Positions 37,706-47,295 of a stretch of 64,000 nt of DNA are shown one piece after another (within the stretch, counting starts at the first letter, position 1; each line of letters begins with the position of its first letter). Both the position numbers and the translations under genes were made by a program. The notes under the pieces are model-generated. The model saw only the letters and a program-made list of their open reading frames with translations. It was not told the DNA's origin and ran no database searches. Origin of the DNA: Candidatus Marinacidobacterales bacterium (GTDB lineage Bacteria > Acidobacteriota > Vicinamibacteria > Marinacidobacterales > SMYC01); NCBI GenBank assembly GCA_965237955.1, contig OZ250169.1:6334766-6398765 (forward strand). Direction: 5' to 3'.

Positions 37706-39424
37706 GCCTCTCCTGCCATTTCAGTGGATCCTCTCGAGGGTGAGACCGCCACAGTTTAGGTAGACGAGACTGATGAGAGCTTCGGCAGAGTGGAGTCCAA
37801 AGCTGCGGTGGCTCAGCAGCCTGATTTTGTTGTTCATTCCTTCGAGTCGGCCGTTGCTGAGTCTCCACGTGACCCACGCGATGACGCCATCGAAGTGGCT
37901 GCGGATCATCTTCGCCGCGCGTTTGACGGGCTCTATCCTCGAGCTCATAGCGCGCCGCAGCCATCCTCGGAGAAACTTCTTGGCCCATGTCTCGGTTTTG
38001 TAGGTGTAGAGGTCCATGAAGTCGTCGCGCAGAAGCATGGCGCGGTAGAGGCGACGATTAGCTCGCACCTGCTCGCGGAGCACCCGTTTGTCTTTCGCGC
38101 TGCGGTTGTGTTTGGCCTTGAGAAGGGGAAACTTGGTGTTCTTGAGGTTGCGCCGGGCAGTCCCTTTGAGCTCGCGCACCAGCTCGCGCCGGGTCTTATC
38201 CACGGCCTCGTTCAGATGCTTGACGATGTGGAAGCGGTCAAAGATCACCCGTGCCTGAGGAGCCTTTTTGCCGACGACAGTTATGTACGGCTCCCACATG
38301 TCCATGCTGACCGCTTCGAGCTCCGCGGCTCTTTGTGGTCCGAGCTTGCGGAAAAACCGCAGCAGCGTCTTGGCCTTGCGCTCCTTTCCCGCCCAGACGA
38401 CCCGGCCGCTGAGATGGTCTATTACCACTGTTAAGTACTTGTGGCGTTTGCGGTAGCTGATCTCGTCCATCCCAATCACCCGCAATCCATCGAGCTCGCG
38501 CCGCTCATCCCGCTGCTCGGCAACCACTCGCTGGATGATCCGTCGCACCGAACGCCACGTCACTCGGAAATAGTTCGCTACGGCGCTGACGTCCGTCCTC
38601 TGTGCCAGCCACGCTACCTCTTGTTCGAAGCTTTTGGTAAAGCGGCTTCCCTTGTCGGCCCAAGGCACCTTTTCTCTGACCACTCCACACCGCCGACATA
38701 CCACTCGTCGGATCGAGTAGCGAAGATAGGTCCGGACTCCGAACAGGTCCAAGTGCCGCCAGTAGCGATTGTAGCGATCTTTGTTCTTGCGGACCTTTCG
38801 TCCGCAAATCCCGTACAGAGGCTTCCTCCTCCGTGGTACTACATCCACCACCACTCTGGCTTTGTCCGCCTGGAAGTGGAAACCTCGGACCCACAGGCCT
38901 TGCAATCCGATGAGCTTGTTGACTAACGTAGTAACGCGCATCGCGGGAACGCTCTTTTCTCTTTCGGAAAAAAAGATTCTGGCGTTCTCGCCGATGCGCA
39001 TCTACACATGGCTTACCCTCTCAACCCACGGGCCTCACCAAATGCCACTGCCCCTCAGCGGGAGACGAGGCTGTGGGAAACGCCCCCACGGTTCTGGTCG
39101 TTCAGACCTTGCTCACGACTGAGTTCTCTTCGAAGCCTGGAAGGGCGTTTTCCATAGCCTCCACTAATCGAGCCCCCCCTTCCTTATTCCATATGAATTA
39201 ATCTTTCTTGTATATATATCAGGAGGGGCCTGTGGGCGCTCGTGGGAAACGCGAAGCGTTTTCCAAGCGATTGTGGAAAACGCCGCTCCACGTTTGTACG
39301 TGCTCACAACCTTTCCCTAAACGCCTCTCTCGCCCGGAGTTTCCGGCGTTTTCCACAATCGCGGCAGCGTCCATAGGCCATGCCCTCCAACACAAATCAG
39401 ATCCCCCGAAACGGCAGGAGAACC
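37706..39424 (-). mobile_element. ISL3-family insertion sequence, copy 2 (1719 bp)
   Basis: Same termini as copy 1. Perfect 8-bp TSD ATAAAAAT (37698-37705 and 39425-39432). Confidence 0.9.
37721..39001 (-). CDS. ISL3-family transposase (copy 2, Cys-to-Tyr change in zinc finger)
   Basis: 426 aa, near-identical to the other copies. RRRKPLYGICG here versus RRRKPLCGICG in copies 1 and 3. Confidence 0.9.
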   Translation of the reverse strand: MRIGENARIFFSEREKSVPAMRVTTLVNKLIGLQGLWVRGFHFQADKARVVVDVVPRRRKPLYGICGRKVRKNKDRYNRYWRHLDLFGVRTYLRYSIRRVVCRRCGVVREKVPWADKGSRFTKSFEQEVAWLAQRTDVSAVANYFRVTWRSVRRIIQRVVAEQRDERRELDGLRVIGMDEISYRKRHKYLTVVIDHLSGRVVWAGKERKAKTLLRFFRKLGPQRAAELEAVSMDMWEPYITVVGKKAPQARVIFDRFHIVKHLNEAVDKTRRELVRELKGTARRNLKNTKFPLLKAKHNRSAKDKRVLREQVRANRRLYRAMLLRDDFMDLYTYKTETWAKKFLRGWLRRAMSSRIEPVKRAAKMIRSHFDGVIAWVTWRLSNGRLEGMNNKIRLLSHRSFGLHSAEALISLVYLNCGGLTLERIH

Positions 39425-39686
39425 ATAAAAATAGAGGCGACGCCGCTGGTGTTTACGAGAAGTATAAAGATCCATTTTTAGAGAAAATCTCAGGGGCGGA
39501 GTCTAAGGAGCTTCTTATCAGAGGCGAAGATGTTCAGGTGCTTAACGGTTTTTCCAGTAAGGCAAAAGCGGAGGCGTATCTTAAATCTGATTTCTTTGAA
39601 AAAGATATTGTTAGAGAGCTTACTCCTCTTCTTGAGGCTCCACCAGAAATTAGAGTTTACGAAGCAATGTAGCACCGGAGGATGAC

Positions 39687-40346
39687 ATGGAATACCCTTA
39701 CAATTTGGATTACGCTAAGAAACTAGTCATTAACGCCAATGAAAAAGAAGGGGTTCCATAGAGTTTACCTGCTGTGGATAGGTGTATGCTGGAACGGGAA
39801 AGTGCAGAAGCAGGGATTACAACAAGTGTCGTTACCTATGCACCTAATTCCCATTTCTCCGCTCACACACACCCCAAGGGCGAAGAGATCTTCGTCCTTG
39901 AGGGTGTTTTCTCAGATGAGAATGGTGACTATGAAGCGGGTACTTATATTCGAAATCCTGCTGGAAGCAGCCATTCCCGTTTTAGTAAAGAAGGCTGTAA
40001 ACTATTTGTAAAACTGAACCAGTTCTTGCCTGCTGATGATCAACCAATTACTGTCAATGCTAATAAGCAAGAATGGCACCCTGGTCACGGTGAGCTTAAG
40101 GTGATGTTGCTTTCAAGTTTTGGAACAACAGGTACAGCACTAGTCAAATGGCCTCCTGGAGCACGCTTCACACCCCAAAGTCATTTTGGAGGGGAAGAGA
40201 TTTTTGTTCTAACAGGAACTTTTATTGATGAGCATGGAAGATACCCTGCTGGAACTTGGATAAGAAGTCCTCACTTGTCGAGTCACAATCCTTACGTTGA
40301 TGAGGGGTGCATTATTTTTGTGAAAACGGGTCATCTTTTGGACTGA
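39687..40346 (+). pseudogene. ChrR-like bicupin (two cupin domains) with an in-frame TAG at codon 25
   Basis: GGAGG SD, then ATG 39687: MEYPYNLDYAKKLVINANEKEGVP-TAG(39759)-SLPAVDRCMLERESAEAGITTSVVTYAPNSHFSAHTHPKGEEIFVLEGVF... The stop sits where ChrR-cupin homologs have a conserved Trp (recalled). Confidence 0.65.
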
Positions 40347-40596
40347 CGTGGAGGTTTATAACTGGGAACAGCGACCGATAACTCCCTCTTCTGTCAAATA
40401 GGAGATGTCCCACTCGTTGTTGAATTTGAGGTAGCGGCGGCTCCTTGGCCGGCCTGAGAATAGGTCTGCCAATAAACCGTCTTCAGAGAGGCGCAAGGAG
40501 CCGCTAATGCATGGCTTTGGTGCATGAATAGCTCTTGACTTCGGCAACCGCTTCGACTCAGCTTCTCGATACATCGAATATCGAGGAGATGAACCC

Positions 40597-41187
40597 ATGG
40601 CCGCGCGCAAGTCCACCAGAGTGAACCGCAAATACAAGACGAAGTATCGCGTGACCAACTGGCCGGAGTATGAGCGTGGTCTCAAGAGCCGTGGCGACAT
40701 CACGGTCTGGTTCAGCCAAGAGGCGCGCGAAGCCTGGACGCCACCGCGGAACGGCCGTCGCGGTGGCCAGCCGCGCTACTCGAATCTGGCAATCGTGACG
40801 GCTAAGACGTTGCGCATGGTCTTTCACCTTCCGCTCCGACAGACCGAGGGATTCCTCGACTCGTTGTTGCGGTTGATGGAGCTCGACCTGAAAGCACCGG
40901 ACCACACCACGCTGTCGCGGCGGAACAAAGACGTCGACGTGCCTCGTCCACCTTGTCCCACCAGAGCGCACGCTGGCGCGCTCCATCTGATTGTCGACTC
41001 GAAAGGACTCAAAATCTTGGGTGCCGGTGAGTGGCACGCCCATAGGCACAGGAGCTCGAAGGTTCGACAATGGCGGAAGCTGCACGTCGGGGTGGATGAC
41101 GATGGCTTCATCGTGGCGGCGAAGCTCACGAAGAGCAGCGAGGACGATCCGTCCACTGTCCCCCTGTCTGCTCGAACAGGTCGATGA
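40597..41187 (+). pseudogene. IS903-like transposase, N-terminal part
   Basis: YKTKYRVTNWPEYERGLKSRGDITVWF...HLIVDSKGLKILGAGEW...KLHVGVDDDGFIVAAKLT. An extra frameshift precedes LLEQVDDLAPVS. Confidence 0.75.
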
Positions 41188-41215
41188 TCTTGCTCCGGTT
41201 TCGTGGACATGTTTG

Positions 41216-42091
41216 CTAAGCAACTCGCTTCTCTTTCAGGAGTGTGCGTTCGAATTCGATCGGGCTGATGTTGCCGAGAGTCGAGTGGCGCCGCGTCGGG
41301 TTGTAGAAGTTGGCGATGTAGTCGACGGTGGCCCAGCGCGCTTGAGCGCGAGTAGGAAGAACCAGTCGATAGAGAGCCTCGGTCTTTAGCGTGCCGAAGA
41401 AGCTCTCGACAACGGCGTTATCCCAGCAGTCACCTTTGCCGCTCATGCTGCACTCGATTCCGTGGCGTCGCAAGAACTCTCGATACTCTCGGCTCGCGTA
41501 CTGCACACCACGATCCGAATGGTGAATCATTCCGCGCGGCGGTCTTCGATAACGCACGGCCATTTGAAGCGCGGAGATAGCGAGGTCTGTCCGAAGGTGA
41601 CTCGCCGTCGCCCAACCGATCACACGTCTCGAGAATAGGTCGATGACCACGGCCAAGTACAACCAGCCTTCCCACGTGCGGATGTAGGTAATGTCCGCGG
41701 CCCAGGTTTCGTTGGGTGTCTTGGGAAAGAACTGCCGCTGCACGAGATTGGGAGCCACGGGTCGCAAATGCGAAGAATCCGTCGTCTTCCGAAAACGTTT
41801 CGGGAGACGTGCGCACAGCCCGCTTTCTCTCATCAAACGAGCCACGCGCCGACGTCCAACGGACTCGCCATCTGCTCGGAGCTCGTCGACCATGCGAGGG
41901 CTCCCGTACACCTCACGGTTTGCCCGGAAGGACGATACGACTTTCGCAGACAAGCGTCGGTCTTCGAGCGCGCGACGACTCGGTTTCCGCTTCAGCCACG
42001 CGTAGAAACCGCTTCGCGATACTTCGAGTTGACGGCACATCCACGAGACATTGAACTCGAGGCGTTGAGCAACGATCGCCGCAAACTTCAT
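41216..42091 (-). CDS. IS3-family transposase OrfB (DDE/rve)
   Basis: 291 aa. ...WAADITYIRTWEGWLYLAVVIDLFSRRVIGW...HHSDRGVQYAS...DNAVVESFFGTLKTE, the classic IS3 DDE. Confidence 0.9.
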   Translation of the reverse strand: MKFAAIVAQRLEFNVSWMCRQLEVSRSGFYAWLKRKPSRRALEDRRLSAKVVSSFRANREVYGSPRMVDELRADGESVGRRRVARLMRESGLCARLPKRFRKTTDSSHLRPVAPNLVQRQFFPKTPNETWAADITYIRTWEGWLYLAVVIDLFSRRVIGWATASHLRTDLAISALQMAVRYRRPPRGMIHHSDRGVQYASREYREFLRRHGIECSMSGKGDCWDNAVVESFFGTLKTEALYRLVLPTRAQARWATVDYIANFYNPTRRHSTLGNISPIEFERTLLKEKRVA

Positions 42092-42399
42092 TTCTTCACG
42101 CTCGCGAAGTACGCCGCCGTTTTTTTTAGGAAATCTCGCTCCATCCGAAGATCGCGCACTTCTTTTCGTAGGCTTCGCAGCTCTTCAAGTTCTTCGCTTG
42201 TCAGCGTGCCAGGCCCGCCCTCACCACGGTCGATTCTGTCCTGTCTCACCCAAGCATACAGAGACGTCTCCGTCACATCGATATCCCGCGCTAGCTCGCT
42301 CACCGGCTTACCCGTCTCGCGCACCAGGCGAACCGCCTCGGCTCTGAACTCCTTCGTGAATTGACGACGCTTCTTTTTCTCTGCCATTTGAACACCCAT
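42088..42399 (-). CDS. IS3-family transposase OrfA (HTH)
   Basis: MAEKKKRRQFTKEFRAEAVRLV...LRMERDFLKKTAAYFA. ATGA overlap with orfB. Confidence 0.88.
   Translation of the reverse strand: MGVQMAEKKKRRQFTKEFRAEAVRLVRETGKPVSELARDIDVTETSLYAWVRQDRIDRGEGGPGTLTSEELEELRSLRKEVRDLRMERDFLKKTAAYFASVKK
42120..42127 (-). other. Programmed -1 frameshift site (A AAA AAA) of the IS3 orfAB
   Basis: Coding strand reads TTC CTA AAA AAA ACG. The -1 frame reads KKNGGVLREREEMKFAAIV in frame with orfB. Confidence 0.7.
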
Positions 42400-42418
42400 A
42401 TATATCTCCGTTCGTTAG

Positions 42419-42850
42419 GTGTCCACTGAAGCGAAGCAAGTCCATGACTCTCCGATCCGACGTTTCACAGCCGATGGGGCCTACGACACGCGGTCGGTGT
42501 ATGAGCTGCTCGGTGAGGTCGGCACCGCGAACATCAAGATCGTGATCCCACCTCGACGAGGGGCGGTGCCTTTGGATAGCGCCGAGGGCACGTGGGGGCG
42601 GCGGAACGCAACCCTCGAGACGATTCGCAATGTCGGACGCCAAGGCTGGCAGCGGGAGTCACGGTATCGTCGACAGGGCGGACAGGGCGCCGTCGAGAAT
42701 CTTTTCTTCGGGTACACGCGCACGCTCGGAAACAGCCTTCGCGCGCGCGGCTACGAATCGCAGAAGCGGGAGGCAAGGATCGGGTGCAACGTATTGAACC
42801 GGATGGCTAAGCTGGGCAAGACTGAGTGCCACGCGATCGTTGGGGAGTAA
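42419..42850 (+). pseudogene. IS903-like transposase, C-terminal part
   Basis: ...KQVHDSPIRRFTADGAYDTRSVYELL...NATLETIRNVGRQGWQRESRYRRQG..VENLFFGYTRTLGNSLRARGYESQKREARIGCNVLNRM. Confidence 0.75.
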
Positions 42851-42965
42851 GTTGAGCCGCCAAAAGGTCCCGTGTCCGCCCCGAACGGATTCATGCACCA
42901 ACGCCATGCGGGATCCGATTAGCTTGCAGCCCGTCGGCCGACGCCGATTATTCCGAATGTGAACT

Positions 42966-43961
42966 TCAGCTAATACGAATCCGCGTTCCCATGCCTCGCT
43001 CTTCGGCAAGCTGTACGGCCAGGTGTCCGGACACGAGATCCTGGAAGGCCAGACCTGTTGCGTCGAATAGCGTGATCTCCTCGGCGTTTCTGCGGCCCGG
43101 CTTCCGGCCGGCTAGGATCTCTCCCAGCGTTGCCGGGATGTCCTCGGGGCGCAAGAGGCCCAGGGATACGGGATGTTGTGTTTCCCCGATAGTAGTGGCC
43201 TGGACCACGTCGTCAACCACCAGCGTCGCCCGCTGAAACAGACGGGCTTCGATCTCTACTTTTCCACGAGTGTCCGTTCCAAAGGCGCTCACGTGCATCC
43301 CAGGCTCGATCCAATCGTCAAAAAGAACGGGCTGTTTTCCCGGTGTCGCCGTCACCACCACGTCCGCGCCCTGGACAGCTTCCTGGGGACTCCGTGAAAT
43401 TCGCACCTCCACTCTCTGTGTTCGAAGAGTTTTGGCGAATCGCTCGGAGTTCGCCGGCACGACGTCAAAGGCGCGGATTTCTCTAATGGGACGGACATAA
43501 CACAGGGCTTCGGCCTGCCCCGTCCCCTGTGTGCCGCACCCCAGAATCGCCGCGACCTGTGCATCTTCCCGTGCCAAGTGCCGAGCAGCCAGTGCTCCAA
43601 CCGCAGCAGTGCGAACTGTAGTGATATGGTTGCCGTCCATAAAGGCGGTCGGCAAACCGGAACGTGGGTCGAACATCACCGTTGTTGACTGGTGTGCGGT
43701 GCGTCCCTGGTTCGGGTTGTCAAGCCAGTAGCCACCAGCCTTCAAGCCGATAACTTGTTCATCCATCAGATACCCGGACTTGATTCCAAAAATCCCGCGG
43801 TGTTCCTCGACGGATTCGCGCACCACCGGGTAGGCCACCGTCCGGCGATTTGCGAAGGCCACGAATGCTCTCTCGATGGCTGGGACGACGGTTTCCAGCG
43901 TGAGGAGGACTTTCAACTCGGCCCGGTTCAAGACGAGTATTTCTACACCTGGATTTTCCAT
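42966..43961 (-). CDS. Ornithine cyclodeaminase/mu-crystallin family protein
   Basis: 331 aa. ...GIKSGYLMDEQVIGLKAGGYW..., ITTVRTAAVGALAARHLA, ILGCGTQGTGQAEAL Rossmann motif. Confidence 0.87.
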   Translation of the reverse strand: MENPGVEILVLNRAELKVLLTLETVVPAIERAFVAFANRRTVAYPVVRESVEEHRGIFGIKSGYLMDEQVIGLKAGGYWLDNPNQGRTAHQSTTVMFDPRSGLPTAFMDGNHITTVRTAAVGALAARHLAREDAQVAAILGCGTQGTGQAEALCYVRPIREIRAFDVVPANSERFAKTLRTQRVEVRISRSPQEAVQGADVVVTATPGKQPVLFDDWIEPGMHVSAFGTDTRGKVEIEARLFQRATLVVDDVVQATTIGETQHPVSLGLLRPEDIPATLGEILAGRKPGRRNAEEITLFDATGLAFQDLVSGHLAVQLAEERGMGTRIRIS

Positions 43962-44407
43962 GGAAATATTATATATCGACCAGAAGATGATCCTCGATCA
44001 GGTGAAGGCTCGCCTCGACCACTCTGATGACAGGGAGCTCGAGCGCATCGCCCAGGGACTCCCGGGCCTGATCACGGCGGTGGAGGAGGAACTGTACCAG
44101 GTTGGGTCGCAGGCCCCTTTCGTGTCAAAACCTACTCTAAGAGCTCGGAGCATGCGTTTTTCCAAAGAGAACAGCGACTCGCGACTCCGCCGGCATGATC
44201 GCGCGGTGCACACCTTGCTCCCACGGCGATTCGATGAGCTACGCCATGATCCTCAGATCCTCAGGAAGCGAGGGAGACGCGAACCAGTTTGTCATCAACG
44301 AGTTCCGCGCAATCCGCTACCTCGTGGCGTTCCCGGGTACGCGTCGTCCAAGCGAGCTTGCGCGCCGTTAGAGTAGGTTTTCGTTTCAAAGGGGCCTGTG
44401 ACCCGAG

Positions 44408-44772
44408 ATGCCCGCCCATCACAACCTCGAGGCCTATCTGGATGCCTACCTGAACGCCGCGGGCATCCGCGGTGCGAAGAAAACGCCGCTCTTCTGGAGC
44501 ACTCTTGGAAGGACGAAAAAACTCACCACAAACCCGATGGCGCGTGTCGACGTCTATCGCATGGTTCGGCGGGGAGCTCGCGATGCCGACATTCAGACGT
44601 CCATCGGCTGCCACTCGTTTCGGGCCACCGGCATCACGGCGTACTTAAAGAATGGCGCCGCCTCGAGCTTGCCCAGCAGATGGCGGCGTATGTTTCCGCA
44701 CGCACTACCGGGCTCTACGATCGGCGCGACGAGGAAATCACCCTCGATGAGGTGGAACGGATTACGATTTGA
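44408..44772 (+). pseudogene. Tyrosine recombinase (phage-integrase family) C-terminal relic, frameshifted
   Basis: MPAHHNLEAYLDAYLNAAGI...IGCHSFRATGITAYLKNG, then a shift near 44654-44660 to RLELAQQMAAYVSARTTGLYDRRDEEITLDEVERITI*. Degenerate upstream codons with stops extend back to about 44250. Confidence 0.7.
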
Positions 44773-45117
44773 TAAGAACAACTATAATGCATTGTTGTTG
44801 CCTCTCCTCTCCGTCCACCAAAGACCTCGCCACGTTTATACGGATATCCGGCAGGCGCTTGAAGCATATCAGTCTGTGCTCTATCTTTGTTTCGCTCCAA
44901 GACGTTGACTCTTGGGCGGATAACGCCCGTGAATTTCGACTCGTCTACTGAGTATCTAGCGACTCCCACACGGATATCCTATACTCTTCTCGTACACATC
45001 TAGTTATTCAGTCTCGAAGAAACTCTCTCAAGAACGAATTGTCGAAAGCGCAACGATGCTTGAGATCCCATCCCGAGCTCATTTCGATGGCGCTTTGCCC
45101 CACGAGAACTCAGCTGT

Positions 45118-45223
45118 ATAACCGAGCACTGGAGCAGTCGGCCCGGCAGGCCGTCTGCTTCACTGGATAAAAACGGGTATGCTCGGGCTCACGGCGCCGG
45201 GCCGCAGCTCAGCGCTACGTTAT
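45118..45223 (+). repeat. attC-like imperfect palindrome A (106 bp)
   Basis: ATAACCGAGCACTGGAGCAGTCGGCCCGGC ... GCCGGGCCGCAGCTCAGCGCTACGTTAT. Arms pair with bulged T and G on the 5' arm. Confidence 0.65.
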
Positions 45224-45982
45224 TTGGATGCCTTCAACAGCAGTGGCAACTGTATCGAAGCAGGAAGCGGCCACGGAAATCACGACCGTTACAGCGCGCC
45301 CTCTGTGCCGCGTATTGAACTATGAATAGTCTCAAAGCGACCTTCCGCCGCGTGTGGATCACTGCCGGCCAGAGTGAACTGTGGAACTGCAACAGTACTT
45401 ACTGTGCCGTGCCCTACGATTACCTCCCCACGGTAGACGGCGCCACTGACGATCTTGCGTGGCTCGACCGCGTCAGCCCAGGACTTCGGCAGACCGTGGA
45501 CGGTACCTGCACGCTAGACAGCGAGGAGAACCAAATCGCGCACCTGGACGACATCGTCGCGAAGGCACGTGGTCTTGGATTAAGCCTTCCTGAACCCTTT
45601 CAGCGTTTTATGACGATGGTGACTTACAGCAAAAGGTCCCGACGTCCACCGCTTGCTTTTTGGAGTTGTCGAGGGACTTCATACCGATCCGGGAGGCTGA
45701 CGGGCATTTCCTCCTGCGTTTCCTCAACGACTCTAAAGCTGCGTCATGTGGTATCTGTGTATCGGGCCCAAGGAGTCGACTGCCGTCATTGCATCGTATT
45801 ACTTCTTCGAGCCCGACTATTTCGACGCGATGGAATATGAGGACATCGAGCATGAGGATCTCGTGTCGAAAGCATTTTTCTGTGCTGGCACGTTTACGGA
45901 GTTCTTATACCGATTCTGGGTTGAGGGAGGTGCCCCCACCATAGTTGAAGGTTCGAGGTGGTGGCGGCTCCTGACACATGGT

Positions 45983-47272
45983 TTACCCGACTTTGGCGTG
46001 CTTGTCGAGCGCTTGATTCTCAGTGACCTCCGCTAACTTCGCTTCGAGGATCGGTAGCGATTGGTATCCAATGATACGACGGAAATTTTTCTCCGTGGCG
46101 AGCAGAGCCGAAGCGGCCCATCTCAGAACCATCTTGCCATTGCGCCAGCGGGTGACGCGACGGGTACGACCTCGCGCACCGCTGAAGTACGACTCGATGA
46201 TGTTCGTCGATCCAAGGCAGCGTTTCAGAGATGCGGGGAGGTCGAGCTCGTTGATGGTGAACATCTCGTCGAGCCCCTCCCGGATGCTCTCCGCCGCCGA
46301 GGGGTAGTCGTCCTCGAGCCACTTCGCCTGTTGCTCCAACCGCGCTTTGCCCTTCTTTGCTGGGAGCTGCCAGGCCGAACGCAGGCTCGCTTGCACTTGC
46401 GGCTTCAGCTCCTGCGGCAGATAACCGAGCACATTGCGCTCCTTGTGCTTCCTGCAACGCTGGACCTTGTTGTGGGTACCGAACACAGCGTCGACGGCGA
46501 GCCGTAGCGCCTTGGAGCCATCGATCACGAACAGCCGACACCGCTCTGGGCTCAGGCCTCGTTCGACCAGGTCCTCCAGCAGCGCCTTGCACACTATCTG
46601 GTTCTCCGATGCTCCATCCCGAAGCCCCAGAACATGCTTGTATCCCTCTGTATCTACGCCGATTGCCGCCAGCGCGTGGTGCTCGCCGAAGCGAATCCCG
46701 TCCAGGTACACGACCGCGATCTCCAGCTCGTCCAGCGGACGCTCCATCAGCCCCTGCAACTGCTCCGCGCTTGCTTCCACGAACTCACGGCTCACCTCGC
46801 TCTTGCTAACCCCTACCGTCTCCGCCATCTCGGGAAGAACCGACGCGTACTTGCGCGTCGACACACCCAGCATCAGGATTTCCCAGATGCGTTGGCTCAG
46901 CCGAGACGAGTTGTTCACCGCTTCGTAGGCAGGAATCGCAACCTCCCCTCCCTCTGCCTTTCCCTTACGCCGCAGACGTGGCCGGCTCACTCTCAACTTC
47001 CGCTCCGCAAGGCTTACTACGCCACCCTGCCGGCCGTGCCAGCGAACATCGCTACCCTTCTTCCCCGGGTGTTTCTCCCCAGCCACACTTTGGGCTGACA
47101 GATCCAAGACCGCTTCGATCGTCGCTCGGCCAGCAACGTCGATCACTTCGTCGATCGCTATCTCGGTTCGCTCAATCGCATCCAAGAACGGCAACAGAGC
47201 TTGCCCCTTCGAGCTCAGTATCTCTCGAAGCTTCTTCCTGTTCTTCGCATCGATGATTTGGTAATTTGACAT
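45983..47272 (-). CDS. IS256-family (mutator-type) transposase
   Basis: MSNYQIIDAKNRKKL...VVYLDGIRFGEHHALAAIGVDTEGYKHVLGL...FVIDGSKALRLAV...QRCRKHKERNVL. The first 80 codons of the 509-aa track ORF are read-through from the ISL3 end. Confidence 0.88.
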   Translation of the reverse strand: MSNYQIIDAKNRKKLREILSSKGQALLPFLDAIERTEIAIDEVIDVAGRATIEAVLDLSAQSVAGEKHPGKKGSDVRWHGRQGGVVSLAERKLRVSRPRLRRKGKAEGGEVAIPAYEAVNNSSRLSQRIWEILMLGVSTRKYASVLPEMAETVGVSKSEVSREFVEASAEQLQGLMERPLDELEIAVVYLDGIRFGEHHALAAIGVDTEGYKHVLGLRDGASENQIVCKALLEDLVERGLSPERCRLFVIDGSKALRLAVDAVFGTHNKVQRCRKHKERNVLGYLPQELKPQVQASLRSAWQLPAKKGKARLEQQAKWLEDDYPSAAESIREGLDEMFTINELDLPASLKRCLGSTNIIESYFSGARGRTRRVTRWRNGKMVLRWAASALLATEKNFRRIIGYQSLPILEAKLAEVTENQALDKHAKVG

Positions 47273-47295
47273 CGTGGTGGCTCCTTTCTTTTTCC

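Larger units (their letters stand above)
37655..39672 (+). pseudogene. Small (96-aa) low-GC hypothetical gene split by ISL3 copy 2
   Basis: AAGGAGG SD. MKSKAYVEITLKVSDKN | IS | RGDAAGVYEKYKDPFLEKISGAESKELLIRGEDVQVLNGF...PEIRVYEAM*. The reading frame is restored by removing the IS plus one TSD copy. Confidence 0.6.
41204..42425 (-). mobile_element. IS3-family insertion sequence (1222 bp)
   Basis: Termini TGGACA...TGTCCA. orfA/orfB with an A8 slippery run. Flanks TCG vs CTG, so no target duplication. Confidence 0.8.
40513..42905 (+). mobile_element. IS5-family (IS903-group-like) element remnants bracketing an IS3
   Basis: Outer IRs GGCTTTGGTGCATGAATAGC (40513-) and rc GGCGTTGGTGCATGAATCCG (-42905). 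The transposase is in two pieces around 41204-42425. Confidence 0.7.

Noticed and set aside
44408-44772. The tyrosine recombinase relic as the missing integron integrase.
   Set aside because: Its C-terminus (HSFRATGITAYL...LYDRRDEEITLDEVERI) is not IntI-like; IntI has LLGH.D..TT.IYTHV. It is co-oriented with the cassettes, and I found no attI-like junction.
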